DNA of 52,674 bases from Fidelibacterota bacterium (GCA_012964275.1 DTUG01000039.1:3779-56452); one strand, 5' to 3'; positions 35,343-46,234 are shown, numbered from the stretch's first letter. Notes: generated by a model not told the origin, from the letters alone. A program made the numbers and translations.

Positions 35343-36356
35343 TTACTCTTTGAATTGACTTTGAATCAATCGATCTAGTTTTCTTCTCAGTTTTGATACT
35401 TCTGAAAAAATTGCATTTCTTTTATGTTGTTCTCTGATTGGTCGTGCCGGGTAACCGCTGTAGACTTCATTTCCAGGAAGGGATTTTGTAACCCCTGATT
35501 TTGCAGCCACTATTGAACGATCCCCAAGTTTAACATGATGGACAACACCGGCCTGCCCAGCTAAGGTACAAAACTCTCCAATTTCTGCACTACCAGCGAT
35601 TCCAACCTGAGCAGTAATTAAACATCCGCGACCAATTTTCACATTATGAGCAATATGAACCAGATTATCCAATTTACACATATCGCCAATTATCGTATTG
35701 CCAATTGTAGCCCGATCAATCGCTGAATTAGCTCCAATTTCTACATTATCCCCAATTAGAACTGATCCAATTTGAGGTATCTTAACATGTTGATCTGAGT
35801 CGGAAACATACCCATACCCGTCTGATCCAATTACAGTACCAGCATGGATAATAACATGATCACCCAGGACAACATTATGATACAATGTAGCGTTAGCAAA
35901 AATCTTACATTCTAACCCAATGGATGTATTTTCCCCAATAAATACATTAGGACCAATCCATGAGCGATCTCCAATTTGAGCACCTGTTTCAATCACAGCT
36001 CCGGGTTCAATGGTTACATTTATACCTACATTAGCATTATGGTGGATGAATACACCGGCATTAATTATTCCCGGTGGTTCTCTATCGGGATAGTAAACTG
36101 ATAACGTTTTAGCTATGGCTAACTGGGGACTTTTAACAATAATACCATTATGGCCTTTTAGATGATTCTTTTCAGAAACAAACACGGCTGACGCAGCAGT
36201 GTTTTCCAAATATTTCCCGTATAACGGATTCCCTAAAAAAGTAATTGTGCCCGGTTCTCCATTTTGAATCTCCGAAACACCGGTGATTTTCAAATCCGGA
36301 TCGCCTGACACATCGCCACTAACCAGCGTGGCAATTTCACTGAGAGAGAACTCCAA
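35343..36356 (-). CDS. lpxD: UDP-3-O-acylglucosamine N-acyltransferase
   Basis: N-terminal LSEIATLVSG, long left-handed beta-helix hexapeptide region, 337 aa. Confidence 0.9.
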   Translation of the reverse strand: MEFSLSEIATLVSGDVSGDPDLKITGVSEIQNGEPGTITFLGNPLYGKYLENTAASAVFVSEKNHLKGHNGIIVKSPQLAIAKTLSVYYPDREPPGIINAGVFIHHNANVGINVTIEPGAVIETGAQIGDRSWIGPNVFIGENTSIGLECKIFANATLYHNVVLGDHVIIHAGTVIGSDGYGYVSDSDQHVKIPQIGSVLIGDNVEIGANSAIDRATIGNTIIGDMCKLDNLVHIAHNVKIGRGCLITAQVGIAGSAEIGEFCTLAGQAGVVHHVKLGDRSIVAAKSGVTKSLPGNEVYSGYPARPIREQHKRNAIFSEVSKLRRKLDRLIQSQFKE

Positions 36357-36362
36357 TATAGC

Positions 36363-36890
36363 TTAATTATCTGATCCCAATTTCCCTAATTCATGCAGGA
36401 CATCATCGGTCAAATCATATTTTGATTTGAAATATAACAATCCAACAGATGCATCAATGATGTAATCAAAACCGCCGTCAATTGCAACCTTGTCAACAGC
36501 CTTTTTTACTTTACCCAGTATATCATATTCCAGTTGAGCCTGTTTGCGCATTAACTCGCCCTGGGGACCAACTTTTTCAGCCTGATAGGTCTGGATTTGG
36601 CGTTCTGTCTGATCAATTTCCTGCTTAATACTTTCACCCCTATCTAATGACATGAGACGTTTTACCTCGTAGTCCTGTTTAAGGCTATCCAATTTTTGTA
36701 CTCTTTGATCAAACTCAAATTGTACTTTTCGATATTCGAGCTGGAGTTGAGATTCAGCATCTTTGAATTCCTCAAATTCGCTTCGGATACGCTCTGACAG
36801 AATATATCCAATTTTTAATTGTGCTGTGGCAGAGGCTGTTAAACCCAGCATTATGCCGATAATAAATATGGGGCGAAGTAATTGTTTCAA
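36363..36890 (-). CDS. skp: OmpH/Skp periplasmic chaperone
   Basis: Signal peptide, 175-aa coiled-coil-rich (Q/E/K) protein between bamA and lpxD, the canonical skp position. Confidence 0.8.
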   Translation of the reverse strand: MKQLLRPIFIIGIMLGLTASATAQLKIGYILSERIRSEFEEFKDAESQLQLEYRKVQFEFDQRVQKLDSLKQDYEVKRLMSLDRGESIKQEIDQTERQIQTYQAEKVGPQGELMRKQAQLEYDILGKVKKAVDKVAIDGGFDYIIDASVGLLYFKSKYDLTDDVLHELGKLGSDN

Positions 36891-36904
36891 TTTTTCCTCC
36901 TTAG

Positions 36905-39328
36905 TTACCGATATTGTTGCCCAATTGTTATAGATGTTTTCCAGCCTTCTGGTTCACCATCTCCATCCAAATCATCAAAACCATAGCCGAGATCAAATCC
37001 CAGCAGACCAATCATAGGCATGAAAAACCTAATGCCCACTCCCACGGATCTTTTCAGATCAAATGGTCCTACACGAGGCAGGTTAAATTTTTCCTGAAGA
37101 CTCGGTTCTGCCCACACATTCCCCATTTCTGCAAATAGCAGACCATAAACCACCGGGTTTTCAGAAAACGGAACACGAAATTCCGTTGAAACTTTCGCCA
37201 GTGCATTACCACCCACCGGACTACCTCTGGATGTTAATGGGCCCACCCGGTTATCTTCATACCCTCGCAATGGGTTGCCATACATTAAGCCATTACCACC
37301 CATGATAAATCGTTCATCAAATGGTATGATAGATTCTTCATCATCATAAGAAGGTAGCATCCTAACAACGCCCAGTTTCAAAGAACTCATCAAGACGAAT
37401 TTCCAGAATGTAGGTGTATACCACTCCAGATTCAATATATGTTTATGAAAATCCTCATTCCCGCCAAAAGGACCTCCAGATAGAGCAGAAGTCAGGGACA
37501 TTAAGGATCCCTGAGTCGTGAATTCAGGATGATCTCGGCTATCTCGACGAATGGATTGGGTGATACTGACACCATCTGAGTGCTGCAACCCACCAGTATA
37601 TCGTTCAAGATCGTCTTCACTTCCTTCGTACATTTTACGTTGCACTTGAAAGGACCAATTCCCTCTAAAAAAATCATCGGGCCATTTAAAGATCCTTCCC
37701 CAGGTTATGGAACCACCCGCAATCGTAAAATCAAGAGGAGCATAATACAAAGATGAGCGGCCACGGAAAGAATAATAAATGGAGGCTCCTAATAAATTTT
37801 TTGTATCATTAACCATCGGGTCAGTGAAACTTAAACTTGCGGATCGCTGTTTGGATGGTTGATAAGAACCACCGGTGTAAAAACTGCTACCAACATTGGC
37901 GCCAATGTTGGTGCCAACATTGAAAGATAATGCCAAGCGCTGACCCTTCCCCCTGAAATTGGGGAATGTAAAACCGCCGCCGCCAGTGACCCCAAATGCT
38001 TGGCTAAAACCCATGTTCATGTTTGCCGTGCCTGAGAGTTTTTCTTCAACGGATATATCCACATCCACTTCGTTGTCATTTACAGGCACTACATCCGGGA
38101 GTACATTACTAAAATAATTCAGCATCATAATTTCGCGATAACTACGCATTAACCTATCTTTATTAAACACATCTCCAGGAAATATTCGTAACTGCCGCCG
38201 AATGACATTCTCATGGGTTTTATCATTACCTCTAATAACGATATTGCGAATATGCACCTTATGGTTCTCCACCATAATAAAATGTACATCAAGTGAATCT
38301 TCACCAACCGGCGTCACTTGTGGTTCTATACGGCTATAGATATACCCCCGATCCATATATAAATTCTGCATTCGCTCATATACTGCTTTTTCAAAATCTT
38401 CCTCACTATATTTATCACCCTTTTCTAATCCCAGCGCGCGGGATAATATCTTTTCACTGTAGAGGGTTTGTCCCTCCCAGGAGAAGTTTCGGTATTTATA
38501 CATCGGACCTTCCCGTACATACAGGATTAAATCCATATATCGTCTGTCTTCGGTGTATTGGATTGAATCAGAAATAATATTGAAGTCGCGATATCCTTTG
38601 TTTCGGTAATACTTACGGACATTGTCAATGTCCTCCTCGAACTTATCCTGATCAAATGTGGACCGCCAAAAAAGATACCAACGTTGTTGTTTAGTCTCTT
38701 TCATAGCCAAGCGCAAACGGAGATCAGAATAAGTTTCATTTCCTTTAAATTGAATATTGCGCAATTTTACTTTTCCGTTTTCTTTAATTCTAAAAATGAT
38801 ATCTTGAGTTATCCCTTTTGCCTTCCCACCAAAAAGATTCAATTCATTTTCAGCATCCGTTAGTTCTGCCCCAACCTCTGCCATGAGGTAGCCCTTTTCT
38901 GCATAAAGTTCCTTTACCTTTTTTATTTTTTCATGCAACAAGTTTGGTTTGATTCTCTGACCCGTAGTCAGGTTTAATTCCTCTTCAAATTTGCTGTCCC
39001 TAATCTTGCGGTTACCCTCATAATGAACATTGCCAAGAACAGAGCTTTCTTTGACAACAATGGTGAGCGAAAGACCATCCTCAGTTTCGTTATCATAACG
39101 GAGTTGAATATCATCAAAAAGGCCCAGTTGCCATAATCGTTTTATAGCTCTTGGAAATTCATTGGATGAGATTGTCAACCCTTTACGTAATCCAGAAGTG
39201 AATATTATTGTATTGGGAGATGAGATTATATGCCCTTCAACCTGAACATCCTGTAATTTGATCTCTTGCTGGTTCTGCGCAATAATAAAGCTGGAAATAG
39301 CAATAAAACGTGCTAATTCTTTAATCAT
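36905..39328 (-). CDS. bamA: outer membrane protein assembly factor BamA
   Basis: Repeated POTRA-like modules followed by an Omp85 barrel (FMGGNGLMYGNPLRGY, FAEMGNVW). I prefer ATG 39328 (MIKELARFIAISSFIIAQ), 1 nt after the uppS stop, over the track GTG at 39349. Confidence 0.9.
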   Translation of the reverse strand: MIKELARFIAISSFIIAQNQQEIKLQDVQVEGHIISSPNTIIFTSGLRKGLTISSNEFPRAIKRLWQLGLFDDIQLRYDNETEDGLSLTIVVKESSVLGNVHYEGNRKIRDSKFEEELNLTTGQRIKPNLLHEKIKKVKELYAEKGYLMAEVGAELTDAENELNLFGGKAKGITQDIIFRIKENGKVKLRNIQFKGNETYSDLRLRLAMKETKQQRWYLFWRSTFDQDKFEEDIDNVRKYYRNKGYRDFNIISDSIQYTEDRRYMDLILYVREGPMYKYRNFSWEGQTLYSEKILSRALGLEKGDKYSEEDFEKAVYERMQNLYMDRGYIYSRIEPQVTPVGEDSLDVHFIMVENHKVHIRNIVIRGNDKTHENVIRRQLRIFPGDVFNKDRLMRSYREIMMLNYFSNVLPDVVPVNDNEVDVDISVEEKLSGTANMNMGFSQAFGVTGGGGFTFPNFRGKGQRLALSFNVGTNIGANVGSSFYTGGSYQPSKQRSASLSFTDPMVNDTKNLLGASIYYSFRGRSSLYYAPLDFTIAGGSITWGRIFKWPDDFFRGNWSFQVQRKMYEGSEDDLERYTGGLQHSDGVSITQSIRRDSRDHPEFTTQGSLMSLTSALSGGPFGGNEDFHKHILNLEWYTPTFWKFVLMSSLKLGVVRMLPSYDDEESIIPFDERFIMGGNGLMYGNPLRGYEDNRVGPLTSRGSPVGGNALAKVSTEFRVPFSENPVVYGLLFAEMGNVWAEPSLQEKFNLPRVGPFDLKRSVGVGIRFFMPMIGLLGFDLGYGFDDLDGDGEPEGWKTSITIGQQYR

Positions 39329-39329
39329 C

Positions 39330-40079
39330 TTAAGACTGAACCTGCTCACTTATCTGACCGAAACGCCTCTCCCGAGACTGATAGTCCAAAATGGCATGCA
39401 TTAACGCATCTTCCCGAAATGCGGGCCAATAGGTCTCAGTAAGATAAATCTCTGTATAGGCACTTTGCCAAAGAAGAAAATTACTCAAGCGTAACTCACC
39501 ACTGGTTCGTATTAACAGGTCAGGATCTGGTTTATCTTTTGTTTCTAAAACGGATGCAAATACATTCTCATCAATAGACAACGGTTCTAAATCTCCTTTA
39601 ACAGCTGATTGGGATAGCATTTGTGCCGCCTTTATTATCTCTTGACGGCTACCGTAATTCAAGGCCAATATCAAGTTAAGACCAGAATTATTACAAGTAA
39701 GTTCAATGCCATTTTTTATTCCCTGCTGCGTTGATTCCGGTAATTCACTGAGTTTGCCAATAGTGGAAAACCTGACGTTGTTCTTATTAAGTTCCCGAAC
39801 CTCTATATTTATCGTTTTCAGCAGAAGTTGCATAAGAGCACTTACTTCTTTTTCAGGTCTATTCCAGTTCTCTGTTGAAAAAGTATAAAGCGTAAGATAT
39901 TTTACCCCGATTTCCCCGCAAATTCGGGTTACTTCACGTACTGAATTTATTCCTTCTTTGTGTCCAGAGAGGCGAGGCCGATTACGTTCTTTCGCCCATC
40001 GACCATTACCATCCATAATGATAGCTATATGATTTGGAATGGGCCCGGATTCAACCTTTTCCCGGAGAGGGGTGTTCAT
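39330..40079 (-). CDS. uppS: undecaprenyl diphosphate synthase (isoprenyl transferase)
   Basis: HIAIIMDGNGRWA, TLYTFSTENWNRP, RTSGELRLSNFLLWQSAYTE. Confidence 0.95.
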   Translation of the reverse strand: MNTPLREKVESGPIPNHIAIIMDGNGRWAKERNRPRLSGHKEGINSVREVTRICGEIGVKYLTLYTFSTENWNRPEKEVSALMQLLLKTINIEVRELNKNNVRFSTIGKLSELPESTQQGIKNGIELTCNNSGLNLILALNYGSRQEIIKAAQMLSQSAVKGDLEPLSIDENVFASVLETKDKPDPDLLIRTSGELRLSNFLLWQSAYTEIYLTETYWPAFREDALMHAILDYQSRERRFGQISEQVQS

Positions 40080-40207
40080 AATACATTCATTAAAAACGTG
40101 ATAAAATTACCGCTGACGAATACATCAAACAACCGGCAACCTCGACAGTAAATCACCCTTTTAGCGGGATCAAACGGTAACAAATTAATATGGTTCCCAC
40201 TTAAATA

Positions 40208-41344
40208 TTATTCAATAACAGAAAGTACCGAATCAACTATAGACAGATAGATCTGCGATATAGAAGACTCAGGGCTTTTATAAACAATAGGTTCTCCGGC
40301 ATCAGTTGATTCCATAATCTCAATCGCAATTGGAATTTGCCCCAGGAGAGGCACCCCCAACCGATTGCTTTCAGCTACACCGCCACCCTGTTTGAATAAA
40401 TCAATTTTTAATTTAAATGATCCATCCGAATCAAGTTGCGTAACTTTTCCATCAGATAGAACAACACTACCACCTGGAATTTTAGTCCCATTTGAATCTT
40501 TAATTGAGCCCTCCAATAGCAAACCAGACATATTTTCAACTACACCAAGCACAGGGGTTTGTACTTTCCGAAACATATCAGCTCCTTTTCGAACATCTGC
40601 CAAAGCAATATCCTGAGGTGTTGTTACAATAATGGCGCCTGTCATACGCAGTTTCTGTGTCAACGTAAGTTGTATATCTCCTGTGCCAGGGGGAAGGTCT
40701 AATATTAAGTAATCCAACTTTCCCCATTCTACATCACGAAAAAATTGTTCCGTCATACGGGAAACCAGTGGTCCTCTCCAAATAGTTGGAGTATCATTCC
40801 CACTGATGAATCCGAAACTCATTACTTTCATAGCATATCGCTCCAGAGGGATCAGTTTCCGGTCCTGTGTCATTTTTGGCTGTTCATTTATGCCTAAAAT
40901 TATTGGGAGCGATGGCCCATAAATATCGAGATCAAGCAAACCAACTGTTAAGTTTTTATGAACTAAACCACAGGCTAGATTTGCCGCCACAGTCGATTTT
41001 CCGACACCGCCTTTTCCACTGGCAACAGCGATCACATGCTTTACGCCTGACAAGATCGATTCCGTAATAGGTCTTTGTTCGGAAGGAGACGGCGGGGATT
41101 GTTGTTTTGAGACATCAGTGGTTAGTTCCACAGATACAATTTCGAAATAATCTGCTAGTTTATTTTTTACTGATTCGATGACAGTACTTTTCTTCTCTTC
41201 ATTTTGAGATGTGATATTCAGATTAACCACAATAGTCTTGCCGTCTATGGATATATCTTTTACCATCCCAAAGGAAACAATATCTCGATTGAATCCAGGG
41301 TAATTGATCGTTTTAAGAATATCGAGCGTTTGATCCTTATTCAT
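40208..41344 (-). CDS. apbC: Mrp/NBP35 family Fe-S cluster carrier ATPase
   Basis: N-terminal DUF59-like domain, then VASGKGGVGKSTVAANLA deviant Walker A, DLPPGTGD, VENMS. Confidence 0.9.
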   Translation of the reverse strand: MNKDQTLDILKTINYPGFNRDIVSFGMVKDISIDGKTIVVNLNITSQNEEKKSTVIESVKNKLADYFEIVSVELTTDVSKQQSPPSPSEQRPITESILSGVKHVIAVASGKGGVGKSTVAANLACGLVHKNLTVGLLDLDIYGPSLPIILGINEQPKMTQDRKLIPLERYAMKVMSFGFISGNDTPTIWRGPLVSRMTEQFFRDVEWGKLDYLILDLPPGTGDIQLTLTQKLRMTGAIIVTTPQDIALADVRKGADMFRKVQTPVLGVVENMSGLLLEGSIKDSNGTKIPGGSVVLSDGKVTQLDSDGSFKLKIDLFKQGGGVAESNRLGVPLLGQIPIAIEIMESTDAGEPIVYKSPESSISQIYLSIVDSVLSVIE

Positions 41345-41353
41345 GATAAAAAC

Positions 41354-41381
41354 AAAAAAACGGCTGTTTTATAACAACCGT
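41354..41381 (-). terminator. rho-independent terminator after the ferredoxin gene
   Basis: On the minus strand: ACGGTTGT-tataaa-ACAGCCGT (8-bp stem with one G-U pair) followed by TTTTTTT. It lies between the fdx stop (41413) and the mrp start (41344). Confidence 0.55.
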
Positions 41382-41412
41382 TAATTTTCTATTTAAAAAC
41401 CGGTTTCTTGGA

Positions 41413-41715
41413 CTAGCCAGGGTACTCTTGTCCAAAAAATTCATAATTCAGTTTGCTAAAATTATTCCACTCATCAGGAACTTCACTTTCTTCAAAAATT
41501 GCTTCGACGGGACATTCCGGCTCACAAGCACCGCAGTCAATACATTCCTCTGGATCAATATATAATTGTTTACTATCTGGATCAAAACCTGGTTCCTTGG
41601 CCTCAGCACCTGCACCTGTAGTGCTTTCCGGACCATGAATACAATCCACGGGGCAAACTTCAACACAGGCCGTGTCACAGGTACCAACACAGGGTTCACA
41701 AATAATGTAAGTCAT
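41413..41715 (-). CDS. ferredoxin (Cys-rich Fe-S protein; first cluster motif is 7Fe FdxA-like CxxxxCxxxCP)
   Basis: MTYIICEPCVGTCDTACVEVCPVDCIH and CIDCGACEPECP cluster motifs; 100 aa. Confidence 0.85.
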   Translation of the reverse strand: MTYIICEPCVGTCDTACVEVCPVDCIHGPESTTGAGAEAKEPGFDPDSKQLYIDPEECIDCGACEPECPVEAIFEESEVPDEWNNFSKLNYEFFGQEYPG

Positions 41716-41915
41716 TTAAATCCCCTAAATAATTAACGGAAAATATTTATTAACAGGTTCCAAATATGTGTCAATTTAATCCGTTTATTTTAATTGGTAA
41801 AAGGCTTTTGCGAATAATTAGTTGCCGATTACTAAACTTATTGAAATTAAGCTGAACTCGACTGTATGAAGGGACTTACATTGCGACACTTGCAGAATCT
41901 CAGGTAGCTTTTCCC

Positions 41916-43331
41916 ATGTCAAATACTCCACTATATCTTATTATTGACCAAGGGACGTCATCTACCAAATCATTTTTGTTTGATGGTGCTGGCAATATAA
42001 TTCACACGGAAAAAATAAACCATAAGCTTCAGAGTCTGGCGCCCTTCCATGTTGAATGTGACCCAAAAACAATTTTGAATGCTTGTAAAAGACTGATCGC
42101 GAAATCAATTATAGTTGCCGGAAGTAACCCTATTACCAAGATGGGAATGGCTGTTCAGCGTTCTACATTTTTATTCTGGGGGAAAAATTCAGCGGAACCA
42201 GTAACTCAAGCGCTTAGCTGGCAGGACAGCCGCGCCCAAAATATCGTGAATGAATTATCAAATCATTCAGATTGGATCTGGAAACAAACTGGAGTTCCTC
42301 TAAGTCCGCATTTTGGTGGACCAAAATTTCTGCACATGATACGCCAGCATCATAATTTGAAAAAAAATGTATTATCTGATCAGATACTTTACGGACCACT
42401 CAGCGCATACTTAACGCATGCCCTGACAGGAACAGCTGCCATTGATGAATCTATCGCTGGGCGGACACTTTTTTTTAATATACATTCATCCAAATGGTCA
42501 AAAAAATGTCTAGATTTGTTCCAAATACAAGAATCAGGATTACCACTACTAAAACCTGTCCTGCAAAACTATGGCCTAATTACTGGCACGAATTTATCAT
42601 TACAATGTGTAATTGGTGATCAGCAGGCTGCACTGATCGGCCAAGTGGGAATAACACAGGGAAGTAGTGCTGCAAATTTTGGCACTTCTGCCAGTGTGCT
42701 TTATAATGTCGGAGAAAACCCCGCTGTTGTGGATGGCTTGATATCCAGTGTACTTTTTTCTGATGGCAAACAGCGGAAACACGTGGTGGAAGGCACCATT
42801 AATGCCTGCAATTCTCTGTTTTATCATTTGGAAAAAGCATTGCGTATCCCACACAATAATATGAAATGGAATGAGCGCTGCGCAAACCAATCAACCAATG
42901 GAATATATATCCCTGGTTTTTCTGGCCTAGCCGCCCCATACTGGAAAAGTGGGTTTGACGACGTTTACTGGAATCTAGATCAAAAAGACAAAAATGCGAT
43001 CGTTCGTGCTGGTATGGAATCTATCGGTTTCCTAGTAAAGGATATATTAGATCAATTGCAGCCTATTATGGAATCAAACCTAGAATCATTGAGTGCCAGC
43101 GGAGGCGGGGCTAGATCGTCGCTTCTGCAGTTCATTGCAGACTTAACAGGTATTCCTGTTGTGCATTCCGCCATGAAAGATCATACAGCATATGGCGTAT
43201 TTCGCCTACTAAGATCCAAAAATGATAATGATATTTACGAAAAAAACCAAATCTTTAACCCAAAACAGAACAAAACCGTTATGGAAAACAAATTAACAGA
43301 TTGGCATAAAGCATTAGAATCAATGGTATAA
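41916..43331 (+). CDS. FGGY-family carbohydrate kinase (glycerol-kinase-like)
   Basis: LIIDQGTSSTKSFLFD N-terminal ATPase motif, QRSTFLFW, C-terminal SASGGGARS. Shorter than canonical GlpK, so substrate is unassigned. Confidence 0.75.
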   Translation: MSNTPLYLIIDQGTSSTKSFLFDGAGNIIHTEKINHKLQSLAPFHVECDPKTILNACKRLIAKSIIVAGSNPITKMGMAVQRSTFLFWGKNSAEPVTQALSWQDSRAQNIVNELSNHSDWIWKQTGVPLSPHFGGPKFLHMIRQHHNLKKNVLSDQILYGPLSAYLTHALTGTAAIDESIAGRTLFFNIHSSKWSKKCLDLFQIQESGLPLLKPVLQNYGLITGTNLSLQCVIGDQQAALIGQVGITQGSSAANFGTSASVLYNVGENPAVVDGLISSVLFSDGKQRKHVVEGTINACNSLFYHLEKALRIPHNNMKWNERCANQSTNGIYIPGFSGLAAPYWKSGFDDVYWNLDQKDKNAIVRAGMESIGFLVKDILDQLQPIMESNLESLSASGGGARSSLLQFIADLTGIPVVHSAMKDHTAYGVFRLLRSKNDNDIYEKNQIFNPKQNKTVMENKLTDWHKALESMV

Positions 43332-44021
43332 TCTGTTAAGTAAATCAGGATCTGAAAGATCATCAACCAAAATATCAGGTCCAACGTCGTCTATAGCTTC
43401 TTTTTTCTCTGCTACCCTGCAGACAATAACTGATTTACATCCATTCTCTTTTGCAGCTTCCGCATCCTGCACCGTGTCACCAACCACCACCATTTGCTCC
43501 ATACGAAAGGATTCTTCCAATACATCCCAGGCTCGTTCCTGTACAATACGCAACATGGAATTTTTATCTTCCGCATCATCAGAAAAAACACCAAAGGGGA
43601 ATCGATCCCAAATCCCAAAACGACTCAATTTTATTTTTGCAACGGATTTCATATTCCCAGTAAATAGACAAGTTGCATGACCAGCATTTTCAACTGTATT
43701 TAGAAAGGCAATACAATCATCATGAACAAATGGTTCTGCTGATTGAGTAAACTCTGATTTAACATATGCTAAATAACGTTCAAGAATGACATCAAGCAAT
43801 CTTGGTGATATCAATCCATCGATATTTAAGTTTGACAAAGCATGGCGTGTAATACTTAAATCAGTAAAACCTGCAACATCATTGTAGCCGAGTTCAATAT
43901 CCTGGCCAGTTTCATAAGTAATAGCTCGGCTTAGTAAACCCCGGGAGACACCTCCGGGCGAGACCAGGGTCCCATCTACATCAAATAGAAAAAGGTGTTT
44001 CAAACTACCTTGCCAAGGCAC
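43320..44021 (-). CDS. HAD superfamily hydrolase
   Basis: LFLFDVDGTLV (motif I) and VVVGDTVQDAEAA (motif IV-like). Confidence 0.75.
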   Translation of the reverse strand: MPWQGSLKHLFLFDVDGTLVSPGGVSRGLLSRAITYETGQDIELGYNDVAGFTDLSITRHALSNLNIDGLISPRLLDVILERYLAYVKSEFTQSAEPFVHDDCIAFLNTVENAGHATCLFTGNMKSVAKIKLSRFGIWDRFPFGVFSDDAEDKNSMLRIVQERAWDVLEESFRMEQMVVVGDTVQDAEAAKENGCKSVIVCRVAEKKEAIDDVGPDILVDDLSDPDLLNRLYH

Positions 44022-45348
44022 CCATAGGATCCCATGGTGGAAGCTTCACTGGCTCTTTTGTTTCATAAATATGCACCAGTTCATCTGGCAGATAATTCTT
44101 ATGAACAACAATTTCATAGTTATATTCATCAAACCATGAATCTGACATAATGTTGTAGCCTTTATCACCGTTTTTATTGCCCCAACTATTTTCTACGCGC
44201 CATTTTACAGGTTCATTTTTAGAATTCAAATCCACGCCAGTAAATAGCATAGCATGGGTCATTTGACTATCACCATATTCCAAACGACCTGCCTTATCTA
44301 AACCAAACTCAGTTCCATAAAAGAGTTCATAGTCAAACAGTTCCATATCCATAACACCCAGATCCCGGTGGAAATGTTTACTTACATCACAGCCAAACCA
44401 GACCGGATCATCATTCTGCAAAGATTTGATTGCAGCTTGTTTCATCATCTTACTGGTCACATTTAAATACCGGATTGAATGACCCTCAATCACATTCCCC
44501 AGAAACTCAACTGTATATACCTTTTTGTATTCTTTATCCGACATGGGGCAGTTGATCAAACAGACATACTCATCGAGATTAAGCCCAACGTGATCTTTAA
44601 AAAACTTTATCGGTGTTAAGTTTTCGAATCGGTTAAAATTCTTGTCCTTGCCCCTAACTTGCCACTGAAAGGATGAAGGCGGCGTTCCTAAATGAATGGT
44701 GAGCATGCGATACACGCTTTCCAACATGCCATTTTTCATATCCTGTAAATCTGAATCTGATACTCCTTTTTGATTTGACTCCCGTAATTGTTTCGCAAAC
44801 TCTCTCAGCTTTCTTGTAATCATACGATTCATTCGCATAGACTTACTTGAATGGAAGGATTCCGGCATTTCTGATTGGGGGACCACGCCGTATTTATTAA
44901 TTAAATTCACCCACATGTCCCATTGTCCGCCATCCTGGATAGGGTTAGATAACAAATGCATAACTAAGCGACTATTCCAATGTTTCTCCATGGTTTTTAA
45001 AATTGATTCGAGAAAATAATTTGATTTTTCCAATTTGTCCCAAAACATGAAATAACTCTGGGAGAACTGAAAATCCTTTAGGTTATGTTTTCTACCCAGG
45101 TAAATTCGAAACAGATTTTGTCCAGCAAAGCCCCAGCACCGACCGCTAGATTTTTGGTTGGTCACGGGCATTTCACCCGTTATTACCTCCGAAAATGAAT
45201 GATCAATTTTCCGAAAATGCTCCCAATCCATAGCCAATTCCGTAACATTATTTCGAACAGCTGCATTCCTAGTCAATTTGGTGGTCTTATCTGAGTTAGC
45301 TTTTTCTTTAAAGGTTTGAATAAGTTCCAATGAAACTGCGTTTGACAT
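44005..45348 (-). CDS. pepC: aminopeptidase C / bleomycin hydrolase (C1B cysteine peptidase)
   Basis: QKSSGRCWGFAG active-site Cys motif, HAMLFTGVD His motif, ENSWG, 447 aa. Confidence 0.9.
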   Translation of the reverse strand: MSNAVSLELIQTFKEKANSDKTTKLTRNAAVRNNVTELAMDWEHFRKIDHSFSEVITGEMPVTNQKSSGRCWGFAGQNLFRIYLGRKHNLKDFQFSQSYFMFWDKLEKSNYFLESILKTMEKHWNSRLVMHLLSNPIQDGGQWDMWVNLINKYGVVPQSEMPESFHSSKSMRMNRMITRKLREFAKQLRESNQKGVSDSDLQDMKNGMLESVYRMLTIHLGTPPSSFQWQVRGKDKNFNRFENLTPIKFFKDHVGLNLDEYVCLINCPMSDKEYKKVYTVEFLGNVIEGHSIRYLNVTSKMMKQAAIKSLQNDDPVWFGCDVSKHFHRDLGVMDMELFDYELFYGTEFGLDKAGRLEYGDSQMTHAMLFTGVDLNSKNEPVKWRVENSWGNKNGDKGYNIMSDSWFDEYNYEIVVHKNYLPDELVHIYETKEPVKLPPWDPMGALAR

Positions 45349-45367
45349 TTTTCACTTCCCTATTTAA

Positions 45368-46234
45368 TTAATTTGGTTGAATAGAATTGATCATTTCTTC
45401 ACTAATGTCCCATAGTCGTGTTTGATCATTTTTGACTTGGGAGACCTTTGAACTTTGTGTCGGTTTACATTTATCAAAATATTTCCCACTCATTCCCTCC
45501 ACTTCATCTGATGATGCTAGATAAATGCTTGTTTGGGCACCTTTGACAATATTAATTGCAAATAGGAACTTCGCAAAGCTGATAGATTTTCGCGCAAATC
45601 CGGAATTGTTATTTCCAAAATTGGAATCTACAAAACCAGGGTGCAAACAATTAAACGTAACTCCGGTGTCATTGAACCGCCTATGGCATTCATAAGTAAA
45701 CATAATATTTGCAAGTTTTGATCTGCCGTATGCGGGCCACCCTTTGTAGTCATTGATACCCTGAATATCATTGAAATTAAATTTTGTATTTCGATGTGCC
45801 GATGATGCAACATTAATAATGCGCCCCGGCTTGCCATCCCTCACCATTTCCAACAAAAGCTGAGTCAAATAAGAATAGGCCAGGTGATTCAGGGCAAATG
45901 TTTGCTCAAACCCTTCATCTGTTTTACAAAATTCACGAAAATAAGCACCGGCATTGTTAATTAAAATATCAAGGGTATCATAAGACGACTTGATTTCATC
46001 ACAGAGTAAGGAAATCGCTTTCATGCTTGATAGGTCGGCGCAATGAAATTGAATGGATTCGTTTCCGGTGCGGGAACTTAATTCAGCAATTGTAGTCCTT
46101 CCTTTTTCTGTGTTTCTGCCAACCAGAACCAGAGAATAACCCAACTGTGCCAGTTCCAGGGCTGTTTGTTTTCCGATACCATCGGTTGCACCGGTGATCA
46201 GACATACTTTTGCAGAAGTTGTATCCAGGGTCAA
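45368..46234 (-). CDS. SDR family oxidoreductase
   Basis: VCLITGATDGIGK (TGxxxGxG), NNAG, YGRSKLAN (YxxxK). Start placed at in-frame TTG 46232-46234, just downstream of the DoxX-like stop. The 354-aa track ORF has no other start and would overlap that gene by 190 nt. Confidence 0.75.
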   Translation of the reverse strand: MTLDTTSAKVCLITGATDGIGKQTALELAQLGYSLVLVGRNTEKGRTTIAELSSRTGNESIQFHCADLSSMKAISLLCDEIKSSYDTLDILINNAGAYFREFCKTDEGFEQTFALNHLAYSYLTQLLLEMVRDGKPGRIINVASSAHRNTKFNFNDIQGINDYKGWPAYGRSKLANIMFTYECHRRFNDTGVTFNCLHPGFVDSNFGNNNSGFARKSISFAKFLFAINIVKGAQTSIYLASSDEVEGMSGKYFDKCKPTQSSKVSQVKNDQTRLWDISEEMINSIQPN

